Below, piece after piece: positions 33,067 to 42,521 of a stretch of 56,000 nucleotides of DNA (position 1 is the first letter of the stretch; every line of letters begins with the position of its first letter). Where the stretch lies: the sequence record MW032452.1; one strand, 5' to 3'. A program made the position numbers and the translations under genes. This DNA is from Enterobacter phage N5822. Under the pieces are notes generated by a model, which saw only the letters and a list, made by a program, of their open reading frames with translations, was not told where the DNA came from and searched no databases.

Positions 33067-33777
33067 ATGTTTGAATGTGAAGGCCTGGTTTTCTCAATGT
33101 TCGACGGCTCCGGCTATGCTGCTCTGCCGTGGGCGAAAGCTGGTTATAAAGTTGTATGCTTCAATGCCGATGAAGGTGATCACGGCTCGTACCAGTCAGT
33201 GCGCGTAACGCATCCCAATATTAGCTACGTTAACGCATGGATTGACGAGGATTTCAAAGTGAGCGCGTGCAACCTGCTTTGGGGTAAGCCTGATTTTGTT
33301 ATGGCCTTTCCTCCATGTACAGACTGGCAAACTCCGGCTCCCGCCACTGGAAGCGCAAGGCTGAGATTGATCCAGATTTCGGTCAAGGCGGCGGCGACCT
33401 GCAAGATTGCGGCGGAGATTGCTGATCACTTTGGCGCTCCATACATGATCGAAAACCCTGTAGGCAAGCTGTCAACGCTATGGCGCAAGCCGGATCACAA
33501 ATTCCATCCGTGCGACTATGGCGGCTATATCCATATCAAGGATGAAGCTCACCCTGCTTTCCCTGATATCATCCCAGCGAGCGACGCTTACAATAAGCAA
33601 ACTTGCCTTTGGACTGGTAACGGCTTTGTTATGCCTGAGCCTTTGCCAGTGGATCCGGTTGGGAATGATAATCCAGGCTGGAAAAAGTTAGGCGGCAAAT
33701 CAGCGCGAACAAAACTGATTCGCTCGCTCACTCCTCGCGGCCTGGCTATTGCTGTATGGCTGGCTAACTCAAAATAG
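33067..33777 (+). CDS. DNA cytosine-C5 methyltransferase-like protein (two compensating indels likely)
   Basis: MFECEGLVFSMFDGSGYAALPWAKAGYKVVCFNADEGDHG, FPPCTD and MIENPVGKLS motifs. Confidence 0.6.
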   Translation: MFECEGLVFSMFDGSGYAALPWAKAGYKVVCFNADEGDHGSYQSVRVTHPNISYVNAWIDEDFKVSACNLLWGKPDFVMAFPPCTDWQTPAPATGSARLRLIQISVKAAATCKIAAEIADHFGAPYMIENPVGKLSTLWRKPDHKFHPCDYGGYIHIKDEAHPAFPDIIPASDAYNKQTCLWTGNGFVMPEPLPVDPVGNDNPGWKKLGGKSARTKLIRSLTPRGLAIAVWLANSK

Positions 33778-33817
33778 CACTTTTTGTTAAAAGCGGGTCG
33801 ATAAGATCCGCTATTAT
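33775..33817 (+). promoter_or_regulatory. Cassette promoter: TAGCACTTTTTGTTA-22-TATTAT
   Basis: The palindrome's TAG is the methyltransferase stop. Spacer stem GCGGGTC/GATCCGC. -10 at 33812-33817. Confidence 0.78.
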
Positions 33818-33848
33818 TATCTCAACGAAACGAATTGAGGATAACAAA

Positions 33849-34051
33849 ATGGCTCACATGACTAAGAAAGCGGATTTCTGGCAATGATTGCAGGTCTTGA
33901 TAATCCAAAGCTGAAAACCTTTCGCGGCTCCGTTTATCTATACAACGGCGAGACTTATTTAGCTGAGATTTACCGAGCAAGTAACATGAAAGAGCAAGGC
34001 ATTTTGTCCTCAATGAACCAGTTGTCAAAATATCGCAAGTGGATGCAGTAA
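33849..34051 (+). CDS. Hypothetical protein (frameshifted)
   Basis: MAHMTKKADF(L)AMIAGLDNPKLKTFRGSVYLYNGETYLAEIYRAS... after adding one T. Confidence 0.5.
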
Positions 34052-34233
34052 TGAAAGTTAAGGGATTAAACCAGATTTGCACCAGATTAATATATGCCCT
34101 TGAAAACAAAGGGCTTTCAGTAAAGGAGGCAAAACAAAGATTCGAGGAATATGCAGGTTTTAGAGTTTCAGCACGCGGCAAAGATAAATTGATTGACACT
34201 TTGAAAGCTTATTCAAATATAAGGAGCAAATAA
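34051..34233 (+). CDS. Hypothetical protein
   Basis: MKVKGLNQICTRLIYALENKGLSVKEAKQRFEEYAG... Confidence 0.6.
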   Translation: MKVKGLNQICTRLIYALENKGLSVKEAKQRFEEYAGFRVSARGKDKLIDTLKAYSNIRSK

Positions 34234-34598
34234 TGAAAGTTATCCGCAACGCCGACAACAAATTAATGAAAGCTCGAATTGTTGACGAGGTTCAATTCTT
34301 TGAAACTGGCGCTTTCCGGGTTAAGGAATTAACAAAAGGCGCAAAGTGGGAGAACGCAAACTTTAATGATTTCCGCGAGATCAAGACCAAAACAATAAAA
34401 TGCACTTGGGTTGACCATAGCATGAAGCACAAGAAAACATTTAAGGCTGGCAAGCGCTACCAGATCGAACAAGGGCGCGTATTGGGCGGCGTTGCTGGCT
34501 ATGTGTTTGACGAGGACGGCGACCGCTTCACTCTGTATCGGGAGGAGGTTGGTTTCTCTGCTGGTGGGGCTTACTTATTCGAGGCGAAATATTCATGA
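34233..34598 (+). CDS. Hypothetical protein
   Basis: 121 aa intact ORF. Confidence 0.65.
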   Translation: MKVIRNADNKLMKARIVDEVQFFETGAFRVKELTKGAKWENANFNDFREIKTKTIKCTWVDHSMKHKKTFKAGKRYQIEQGRVLGGVAGYVFDEDGDRFTLYREEVGFSAGGAYLFEAKYS

Positions 34599-34836
34599 TC
34601 AAAGGCGTTGACTATCAAAAGCATATACCATCGGCTATGCGAAAAAATCGCTTCAAGGTGATTGAGAGCAATGTTTCATCACTTATCGTGTCGGAGACGG
34701 TTTACCGGTGAGGGAAAGGAGCGGTGAGCTCCTGATAGGTCACACATTCCACAAGTCGCTATGGTTCGACAAAGACACGCTTGAATGCTGGAGCCATGAC
34801 GGATCGAAACTTCTCGCAAAAGTTGAACGTTTAAAA

Positions 34837-34879
34837 TAGCACGAATTGCTAAAAGGCTGTAAGATGGTTGGCCTATAAT
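34837..34879 (+). promoter_or_regulatory. Cassette promoter: TAGCACGAATTGCTA-22-TATAAT
   Basis: Palindrome 34837-34851, -10 at 34874-34879, upstream of the DUF3987-like gene. Confidence 0.8.
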
Positions 34880-34907
34880 ACGGGTCAACCAACAAGGAGA
34901 CTTTAAG

Positions 34908-36483
34908 ATGTTTTTTGAACAATCCACGCTGACACCACAACAAATCATTTCAACGGCTGAGGCTCAAGGCTTGAGCGCCGTTAAGGTTGCAATCCGTGCA
35001 AACGGCTACTCTCGCTCGTCTGGCTTTTGGGGTGACGTGAAGGACATTAACAGCGGGAACGACAAATACCCTGTAATTTCCCTCGGCAACGATTGCGACG
35101 TTGTAGGCAAGTTGTCTCGCAGCCTGGCGGAATCTGTGCAATTCCCTGTTTCATCTGCCTATATGCACTTTGTAGGCTGCGTATCTGCCGCAATGCTCGG
35201 ACGATTCACCGTGGAATACCACGGAACCGATCAGCCAACGGCGCTATACGTTGTGACCAGCCAGCCGCCGTCTACTGGTAAATCTGCGATCAACTCAATG
35301 GCGATTGCTCCGATTGTTGCAGAGGTTGAGCGCATCAACGAGCAACGCAAGAAAGAGCGCAAAAAGATTCAGGCAAAACTCAACGGGATCGCAAAGGAAT
35401 TAAAGAGCGAGCGCTCCGGCACTGAATATGCTGCGCTTTACGAGGAGAAAGAGGAGTACGAGGAAAAGCTCGCAAAACTGTGCGACGTTGTGTTTCCGGT
35501 TTCAGATACCACTCCAGAGGGTTTGGCTAAAATCAACTTCCGCCGTGGTAACTTTGCTGTTATCTCGGACGAGGCAACAAGTATCAACTCATTGCTCGGT
35601 CTGACATACGCCAATAGCGAGCGCAAAACTAACAGCGAATTGGTGCTTAAAGCTTGGGATAGCGGTCACGTTTCCATTGCCCGTGCAAACGCAGAGAACA
35701 ATATGAGCTTTACGGCTCTTGGCTGCATGGCTGTTATTGCGCAGGACGAAACAATCAGCGGAATTATGGAGGCTGGCGCTCGTGGTATCGGTGTTTCAGA
35801 GCGTTTCCTGCTGGTGCGAGAGGAATCATTCTTAGGCCGCCGTAAGTTTGTTGACGACAACGGAGACACAACTTACACGCCAGTTGATGCAGGTCTTAAG
35901 GCAGACTATTACAAGCTGATCCACAATATCATGATGGAGCAATCCGTTTCGTTGAAGGTTAGCCGATCCGCTATGCGCGTGCTCAACATGGCACGCCAGA
36001 AATGGAGCCAAAGCTTGCAGACGGAGGAGAATATTCTCACACCATGCTACGCGGCGCATTGGGTAAAATGGATAAACAAGTTATTCGCCTGGCGTCAGTG
36101 ATTCACACGATCCGAAACTGGCAAGAGGTTAACGGAACCGCCACAAAGTCAAGAGAGATTGACGTTGAGACGATGCAGGAGGCGCTCTTGATGTTCCAGA
36201 ATTGAGCAAGACCTACATCAGCGCGGCAAATGCTTCCGGTCATGCTGGTCAGGATGCAGAGTTGATCAAGATTATCGACACGATAACCAGACTCGGAAAA
36301 GCTAATAAGGGCGCTATCACTGCACGAGCGATTTACGAATCAGTGCGCAAGGTTCGTCCGTTCCTGGGTCAGGCTGGCGTGATGAAGCGAATTGAGGAGC
36401 ACTTGCTGCCAATCCTTGAAGATCTGAATTACGTGTGCCTCACTAATGGGCGCGTGTTTGTGAATCCTGCTTTAATGGGGTGA
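34908..36483 (+). CDS. DUF3987-like replicative primase/helicase (frameshifted)
   Basis: P-loop-like VTSQPPSTGKSAI, ISDEATSINSLLG. Continues through 36002-36205 and 36202-36483 after indel repair. Confidence 0.75.
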
Positions 36484-36486
36484 TAA

Positions 36487-36879
36487 ATGATGTTCTTGCT
36501 GGATCTGTATAAGTTTTGCGAAAGCTACGATTGGTTTAATCGCCAGCACTTAGCAAGATTTGTTTTTCAGCACAAAGAGTGTGAGCGGCTCGCAAGAGCC
36601 GCAAATATGACGCCTCGTAAATTCGCCTCAAGCGTCTCTCTTGAGTTTATCCCGCGAATGGCTACATTGGGTTATCTTGGGATAGATAAAGGCGTGGTGA
36701 CGTGCAAAGGCTCGCACAAGAGGCCGTTTGGATTTGAACTGTATAGCCTGGAGGGTGAGAGCAATAAATATATTTACGATCTGTTTCACCTTGACGAGTT
36801 AAGCGACGATGAATTATTCAACACAAAATCTAATAGATGCGATTATGAAGCACTGCGCCGTAAATTCGGTATCGCATGA
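36487..36879 (+). CDS. Hypothetical protein
   Basis: 130 aa ORF. Confidence 0.55.
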   Translation: MMFLLDLYKFCESYDWFNRQHLARFVFQHKECERLARAANMTPRKFASSVSLEFIPRMATLGYLGIDKGVVTCKGSHKRPFGFELYSLEGESNKYIYDLFHLDELSDDELFNTKSNRCDYEALRRKFGIA

Positions 36880-37001
36880 CGAAATGATTGCGGCGCTGCT
36901 CCTGATCCTGTATAGCGATATGAGAGCTAATCCGGCAAAGGAGCACAACCTTCACGACGAGGACGGCGTAGTATTGATTAACGTCCGACTACTGGAATGA
37001 A

Positions 37002-37030
37002 AAAAAGGGGCATTATGCCCCTTTATTTTT
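37002..37030. terminator. Bidirectional terminator between convergent early and lysis genes
   Basis: aaaaaaggggcattatgcccctttatttttt. Confidence 0.8.
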
Positions 37031-37406
37031 TCTGCCCTTCCAAACAACGCCAGCGGCAAAGCCAGCAACAAAAAGCAAGCCAGCGCAAAGAACATCACAT
37101 ACAAATCGCTCTCGCTGTTTCTGATCTCGATCTTGTCGGCTGTGATTGTATCAGCCTGGATGCTTGAAGTGCTCACCTTCTTTTGTTGGAGGAGTCAACC
37201 TTTCCAACCTGCGAATCCTTGATCGTGTTTTCCTGCTTGCTGCTCTCGTCATTCTTTGCCGTCACGCCTACTGTTTGCTTTACGTTTTCGGCTCCGGCCT
37301 GTGCTGTGATTTCCGGCTTGCTGCCGATTAAACCGCTCAGAGCGCTTGACGCTGAACAACCAGAAAGAGAGGCGGCAACCAGTACCGCCAAAGCTAATCG
37401 TTTCAT
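37013..37406 (-). CDS. Unimolecular spanin (u-spanin, T1 gp11-like), split by a one-base indel
   Basis: N-terminal signal plus lipobox ([16 protein letters not shown]). After restoring one A in AACAAAAGAAGG the frame continues to a C-terminal TMD ([26 protein letters not shown]). Confidence 0.82.
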
Positions 37407-37897
37407 TTTTTCAGATCCTTAGTGCAATATTTATACTCAACCGCGCGACGGTTTTTTAACCCTTTGGACTTCTCGCGCTTGCCCGTTTTTGGATTGTAGT
37501 AATACGTCCATTTCCAAAGCTCGTCGCACGCGCCGTAAAGATCGCCATTGTTGATCTTCTTGAGCATGGTTGACTTGCGAAACGCTCCAGTACCAGCGTT
37601 GTAAGTGAAGCTATACATCGCCGCACGCATAGTGTCCGGTATCTCAACCTTTACGCGCTTATCCACTTCTGCCTTTGCGATCCCGATGTGCTTGGCAAGA
37701 AGTGCGTCACATTCTCTCTGCGTGTACGTCTTACCTAGCACAACATCAGATCCGGTAATACCCGCGCAGACTGTCCAGATTCCTGCAATGTCTTTATATG
37801 GCTTGTAGCGAATGCCCTCGATCTCCTCCAGGAGCGGAGAAGTTAACGAGAGCGCAGCGCCAAATAAAGCGTATGCCGCGCTTCTCTGCAAACTCAT
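37403..37897 (-). CDS. SAR-type endolysin (GH24 lysozyme, phage 21 R-like)
   Basis: [49 protein letters not shown]...; E-8-D-5-T catalytic spacing, weakly hydrophobic N-terminal SAR. Confidence 0.9.
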   Translation of the reverse strand: MSLQRSAAYALFGAALSLTSPLLEEIEGIRYKPYKDIAGIWTVCAGITGSDVVLGKTYTQRECDALLAKHIGIAKAEVDKRVKVEIPDTMRAAMYSFTYNAGTGAFRKSTMLKKINNGDLYGACDELWKWTYYYNPKTGKREKSKGLKNRRAVEYKYCTKDLKK

Positions 37898-37898
37898 A

Positions 37899-38114
37899 AT
37901 TATTTCCCCTGATTCGAATTGCCTCTTTGATATCTTCACGATCCAAAGCCTCTCGCAGCGCCTTGCTATCCTTCCAGCGCAGATACGCGCCCCAAAAGCC
38001 AAAGGCCGCCATTAGGATAAGACCAGCAACCGCAATGGTAATTTGCCCCGTCGCCGCGCCCGTCAGTGATGCGCCTCCGGTGCTGGTAGTTGCTGCGTTT
38101 AAAAATTCTCTCAT
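37899..38114 (-). CDS. Holin/pinholin-like, single TMD
   Basis: [51 protein letters not shown]... immediately upstream of the endolysin. Confidence 0.75.
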
Positions 38115-38424
38115 AATCAGATCTCCTTGTGTTAAATGTCAATAGTTAAGCGAGTGTATGTTAACCAGCAATGAGCAAAAACAAAACAATAAAAAAGGGC
38201 TAGCAAACGCCAGCCCTTTGTAAACTTATGAAATTAAATGTCAATCAACCTGTAAAAACTCCAGATAATGACCTTTTAGCGGTGCAATGATATGCTGCCC
38301 TGATCCATCTTTAATCTTGTACATCCCGCCGGGTAGCGGATCAGCCTCGTACACAAAGCCCTCGTAGTAAGGCAGTGTTTTAGATGAATTCTCAACGCAT
38401 TTAACTTTCATTATTTTGACTCCA

Positions 38425-39528
38425 TCATTTCAGGGTAGAACATGAATCGACCGATCTCGCCGTGCTCTTTGTCGTAGATGATAACCGCAGCGCGACGACG
38501 AGAGCGCCAGCCTCCTCGTGCTGCATACGCATCTTTTGCGGCCATAGTGCTGTGAACTTCAACAATCCCCGGCTGGTTTCTGTCACGGTCTGGTGATGCC
38601 AATGTCCAACATGCGCATACATTGATTTTGAATTGCCAAAATCCTCACGCCAATCTGCCGCACACATCATCAACAACGCTTCCGGCTTGCGCACGGTGTG
38701 ACCGTGATGATACGCGAGGAATGTTTTTCCGTACTGCGTGTGATGCACCACGCGAGGAGAAACATCAACCGTAACGCGCGGCTCGTTTTCGTATGCCGCC
38801 GCCATTGCTGCGCGTAGCCAGATCATGCCTGACTGGTCATGATTGCCCTCGATAACCTGAACTTCAACCTCTTTGTGCTTGGTCAACATCAAGGAGATCG
38901 CGCGGCGAGTGGCTCGGATTGCGACGTAAACCAGTTTGGCATAGCGGCTGTCCTGATCCAGAACGTGACCGCTAGCAGGTGTTACAGCCTCAAGACCGTC
39001 ACTGTGAAGCATGTCACCACCAATCAGGAGCACGGCCTTTTCGCTATTTGGCGCACACTCTACAGCATAATCAAAGAAGTCATTCATGACTTTCTCGGCG
39101 GTTGCAGTGTCCCAATTCTCGCCGCATTCGTGCTTGTGAGCCATTGCGCCAATGTGCATGTCAAAGATCGGATATAGCGCAAGGCTTTCGCTGTAGTCCT
39201 TTCGGCTTTCCGGCTGAGGCTCCGTGCGCGGCACTTCCTCTGCGAATGCTTCCATCGCGGCTTGCATTAGCGCTTCCAACTGCTCTTTATCTTTGTTGGT
39301 GATAGTCCAGCGCATCACTTCTTCGCCGTTTGCGCGGGTCAGGACTGACTCACGAACAACCGCAAAACCTGGAGCGCCTTTCGTGTCAGTTTCACCGGCG
39401 AGCGAGGCGTGCGGCGCGGCGCTCAACGGTGCGAACATTCAAGCCGAACTCCTCCGCGATCTGCTTGTAGGTTTTGCCCTCTGCTCTTGCGTCTTTAAAC
39501 TGCTGGTCTGTCATTTTCTGAATCATTA
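38425..39528 (-). CDS. Metallophosphoesterase (calcineurin-like) with N-terminal HTH-like segment, frameshifted near the N-terminus
   Basis: IFDMHIGA, LIGGDMLHSD, VIEGNHDQ, HVGHWHH motifs. Upstream MTDQQFKDARAEGKTYKQIAEEFGLNVRTVERR in another frame. Confidence 0.82.
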
Positions 39529-39538
39529 ACTTTTCCTC

Positions 39539-39742
39539 TTAAATTACATAACAAGTGCGTACATAACAACGGCGGCAATGATAACGGGCATTGGAAGAAC
39601 AAGCAAGCGCCACATGATAACTATTCTCCTTTGTAATACTTTTTGGCTCTCTGATTTTTGCCATTGCTTCTTTGAAGTCAATTTTCGTCGGGATTGCTGG
39701 CACGCGGTGCATTTTGCGCGGCCTCTCGTGTAAGTAAGTCAT
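39539..39742 (-). CDS. Small hypothetical protein
   Basis: MTYLHERPRKMHRVPAIPTKIDFKEAM... The tracked ORF start at 39916 crosses a promoter cassette and is likely wrong. Confidence 0.5.
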   Translation of the reverse strand: MTYLHERPRKMHRVPAIPTKIDFKEAMAKIREPKSITKENSYHVALACSSNARYHCRRCYVRTCYVI

Positions 39743-39758
39743 TTTCCCGTTGCTGATA

Positions 39759-39801
39759 ATACTAACATCAGCCAGATCAAAGATTTTAGCAATTCGTGCT
39801 A
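39759..39801 (-). promoter_or_regulatory. Cassette promoter: TAGCACGAATTGCTA-22-TAGTAT
   Basis: Palindrome 39787-39801; weaker -10. Confidence 0.55.
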
Positions 39802-39857
39802 TATCGTCTGCCATTCCGGTTTCTTTGGCGTGATTCCAAACGGCCTCGCGGCCTTGC

Positions 39858-40067
39858 TCAACCTTCATCTTTGCCCTCCATCGCTGCGACGATTGAACGG
39901 ATCCCGCGCTCCTCATACTTGAAAACTGGAGCGTGTCCGGTTGCGATTTTCAGCCAGATCATAGCCATTCCCCAATCGAAGTCGCCGCCATTTTTCACCC
40001 CAAGCTCTACCGCCTCGCGTGCTGCTTGTTGTGCAATTTCCGTGGCTGCTTTGCTGTAGATTTTCAT
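39858..40067 (-). CDS. Hypothetical protein
   Basis: 69 aa with conserved leader. Confidence 0.6.
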   Translation of the reverse strand: MKIYSKAATEIAQQAAREAVELGVKNGGDFDWGMAMIWLKIATGHAPVFKYEERGIRSIVAAMEGKDEG

Positions 40068-40099
40068 TTCGTTTTCCTCAGTGGTTTTCGTTGGAAATG

Positions 40100-40142
40100 A
40101 TTATGCCCGACTTTCGCCGGGCATTTTTAACAAAAAGTGCTA
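40100..40142 (-). promoter_or_regulatory. Cassette promoter: TAGCACTTTTTGTTA-22-CATAAT
   Basis: Palindrome 40128-40142, -10 at 40100-40105, stem GCCCG/CGGGC. Confidence 0.78.
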
Positions 40143-40501
40143 TTTAGTGAGCCGCTCGCTTTTTAAGGTCTTGCCACATTTCATCTAGATCATCAGCAAT
40201 CTTGATATGCCACTTCTCAAGCGGGAGTTTTGCAGTCTCCTCAAAGCTCATGTCAAGAGCGCTGGAATACTCCCACGGGTCAACCTCTATTACATCCTTA
40301 ATGTGTGGGTTTAGGTCAATAGCCCGGCACACCATAGCGCGATACAGCAGGAATAAACCAACCTCGTTTAGTGTTACATTTCTTTCACCCATTAAATCAA
40401 CTCCCCTATTTTGATGATTAGCGCAAGGAGCGCATAAGAGCAAAAACCACTTCCGATCATGAATGCACAAAGTATTCCTAGTGCTGCAATATCATCTTTC
40501 A

Positions 40502-41248
40502 TTAAAAACTCCTTGCTTTGGCTCGCTTGTTTTTTACTGACGGGCAAATATCGCTGATTTTCACGTAGTGAGTTTGCTGCGTTTCGCCCTCCTTTAATTT
40601 GCGCATGACAAAGATCACGCTGCCTTTGTTGTTGCCGCTAACTGGCTCACCTGTCAGGCCGGAAATAAACGCTAATCGTCCGGTTCGTGAATACTCGCGC
40701 CCATCTTCATCTTTCCAGGTCTCGCCAGTGATCCAGATAATTTCCGCAGCGTGCTTTTGTGCATCGCTAAACCATGCCGTTGAGTTGTCGGCTGGAAGCA
40801 ATATGTCGATCTGGTTGTCGTGCTCCATCTGTTCAATGGCCTTGAGTACAAACGGATCTGGATTCGAATATGGAGGATTCAGCCATACGTGCTTGTTGCT
40901 GCCCCACCAGCGCTTTAAGCAGTTGGTTTCCTTGCTATAGAATTTAGGGCAGACTTTATTTTCCTCGCTAGCAGCCGCATCAAGATCATATTTACCGTAT
41001 CTGGTTCGCATATAATCAACAACCTCGCGCGGAGTAGCCCAAAGGTCACGGACAACATCTGGAGTGTTGCTTCCGGCGTAACGGTTGCCTGTAACCTTGT
41101 AATACTGGCAAGGCTTCACGGCTTGGTAATGACCGCCTGATCGCAGGGCTATGTCTGAATACTTGCCGTGCTGCAATTCGTGAAAGTCCATTTCATCAAC
41201 CTGCTCGATACCGTCGATTGTTGAGTTATCAAGAATGTCTTTAGCCAT
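40502..41248 (-). CDS. Phage DNA N-6-adenine methyltransferase (Dam-like)
   Basis: WATPREVVDYMRTRYGKYDLDAAAS...HVWLNPPYSNPDPFV. Confidence 0.9.
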   Translation of the reverse strand: MAKDILDNSTIDGIEQVDEMDFHELQHGKYSDIALRSGGHYQAVKPCQYYKVTGNRYAGSNTPDVVRDLWATPREVVDYMRTRYGKYDLDAAASEENKVCPKFYSKETNCLKRWWGSNKHVWLNPPYSNPDPFVLKAIEQMEHDNQIDILLPADNSTAWFSDAQKHAAEIIWITGETWKDEDGREYSRTGRLAFISGLTGEPVSGNNKGSVIFVMRKLKEGETQQTHYVKISDICPSVKNKRAKARSF

Positions 41249-41258
41249 TTTTAGATCC

Positions 41259-41519
41259 TTATTTCATCATGTAGAATTTAGCCGCGTTGCTAGTATCAGA
41301 TTTGCTCTCTGCTTTTGGAGCTTCAATTTCCGCACCACTTGCAGCGGCCTTAGTTAGCAGCATTGGGGCAAATATAACGGCAAGGAAGATTCCAACAACG
41401 CCAAAGATTATGTCAACACCAAACGCAACAAGAGAGATTATCAGTGAAACAATAAATAGAGCGATAAGAACAACAAAAATCCAGTAAACCGCTTTAGAGA
41501 TATCTTTTAGCATTTTCAA
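41259..41519 (-). CDS. Small membrane protein
   Basis: Two to three hydrophobic segments (VYWIFVVLIALFIVSLIISLVAFGVDIIFGVVGIFLAVIF). Confidence 0.65.
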   Translation of the reverse strand: MKMLKDISKAVYWIFVVLIALFIVSLIISLVAFGVDIIFGVVGIFLAVIFAPMLLTKAAASGAEIEAPKAESKSDTSNAAKFYMMK

Positions 41520-41544
41520 ATCCTCAGTTGTTTTCGTTGGGTGT

Positions 41545-41587
41545 ATTATGCCGGATTCATCATCCGGCGTTTTAGCAATTCGTGCTA
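41545..41587 (-). promoter_or_regulatory. Cassette promoter: TAGCACGAATTGCTA-22-CATAAT
   Basis: Palindrome 41573-41587 (TAG is the stop of the upstream gene), stem GCCGGAT/ATCCGGC. Confidence 0.8.
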
Positions 41588-42034
41588 TTTCTTGTTTGCG
41601 TCCTCAAAGTTTTCTATCCACTTTGATACTTCCTTGATCCCCATTTTTGCAACAACTTTCCCGTTGAAGTCTGAGCGCTTTTTGGCATATCGAACCGTTA
41701 AAGATTCCTCGTAGTCAAGCCCATCAATAAACATACTACCAGCGCTCTTTAGTGTTTTAGGCTCCCCGGCTCGTTCTCCATTCTCTGAATAAACCGAGAG
41801 CTTACACTGCTGAGATATAACAAGATCGGCTTTTCGCCTTGCCTTGTCGCTTAATTCGTAACCGTTGGTAATAACAAAATCATTAACTGATTTCTTTGAT
41901 GCCATAATGCAAGCCTTGCGATTAAGCTCAATGTCAATCGGATCCTTAACCATGCTCTCTATTAATGATGGTGCTTTCCACGCCGCCAATCCAGATGCGA
42001 TGATTATCGCAGCGCCCAAGATTTGCTTTTTCAT
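41585..42034 (-). CDS. Hypothetical exported/membrane-anchored protein
   Basis: MKKQILGAAIIIASGLAAWKAPSLIES..., 149 aa. Confidence 0.6.
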   Translation of the reverse strand: MKKQILGAAIIIASGLAAWKAPSLIESMVKDPIDIELNRKACIMASKKSVNDFVITNGYELSDKARRKADLVISQQCKLSVYSENGERAGEPKTLKSAGSMFIDGLDYEESLTVRYAKKRSDFNGKVVAKMGIKEVSKWIENFEDANKK

Positions 42035-42064
42035 TTCATTCTCCGTGTTTGTTTTGTTGGGTGC

Positions 42065-42107
42065 ATAATACAAAACCCGCCGGAGCGGGTTTTAACAAAA
42101 AGTGCTA
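42065..42107 (-). promoter_or_regulatory. Cassette terminator-promoter: TAGCACTTTTTGTTA-22-TATTAT
   Basis: AAAACCCGCTCCGGCGGGTTTTG (terminator-like) between palindrome 42093-42107 and -10 42065-42070. Confidence 0.8.
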
Positions 42108-42521
42108 TTCCTGCAAGAGATCTGCAATTGCAAGCTTGAATTGCTTCACGCCGTAGCAAACGGCTGCGAACCCTCCCGTGCGCCTAACCTTGCTTAAGAA
42201 AGCTTTCTGGTTGTCGCTGACTGGTGAAGCCTTGCGCTTGCCTGATTTGTTGGCTTGCTTTAGCTCTATGGCTGCAAACGGATATTTGCCTTGACCAATC
42301 AGGATAACAAAGTCGGATACGCCCTTGAGCAATCCGGCCTGTTCGTCACGCAGCGCGGCGGTGATTGTCTTGCTCCCCTCGTTTACAGTGTGCCAAAAGA
42401 GTAAGTGTGGGTGATGGTGGCGCAACCACGCCACACAATCAACCTGGTGAGAATCTTCCTTGCGCGTATCGCTAGGATCCCGCTCGTAATATTCCAGATA
42501 ATCGCCTTTGTCAGTAACCAT
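42105..42521 (-). CDS. VRR-NUC-like nuclease
   Basis: SHQVDCVAWLRHHHPHLLFWHTVNEG...GVSDFVILIGQGKYPFAAIELKQANKSG. Confidence 0.75.
   Translation of the reverse strand: MVTDKGDYLEYYERDPSDTRKEDSHQVDCVAWLRHHHPHLLFWHTVNEGSKTITAALRDEQAGLLKGVSDFVILIGQGKYPFAAIELKQANKSGKRKASPVSDNQKAFLSKVRRTGGFAAVCYGVKQFKLAIADLLQE

Noticed and set aside
39539-39916. 125 aa ORF starting at 39916
   Set aside because: Its first part crosses a palindrome promoter and overlaps the 39858-40067 gene. Start at 39742 with its own RBS is better.
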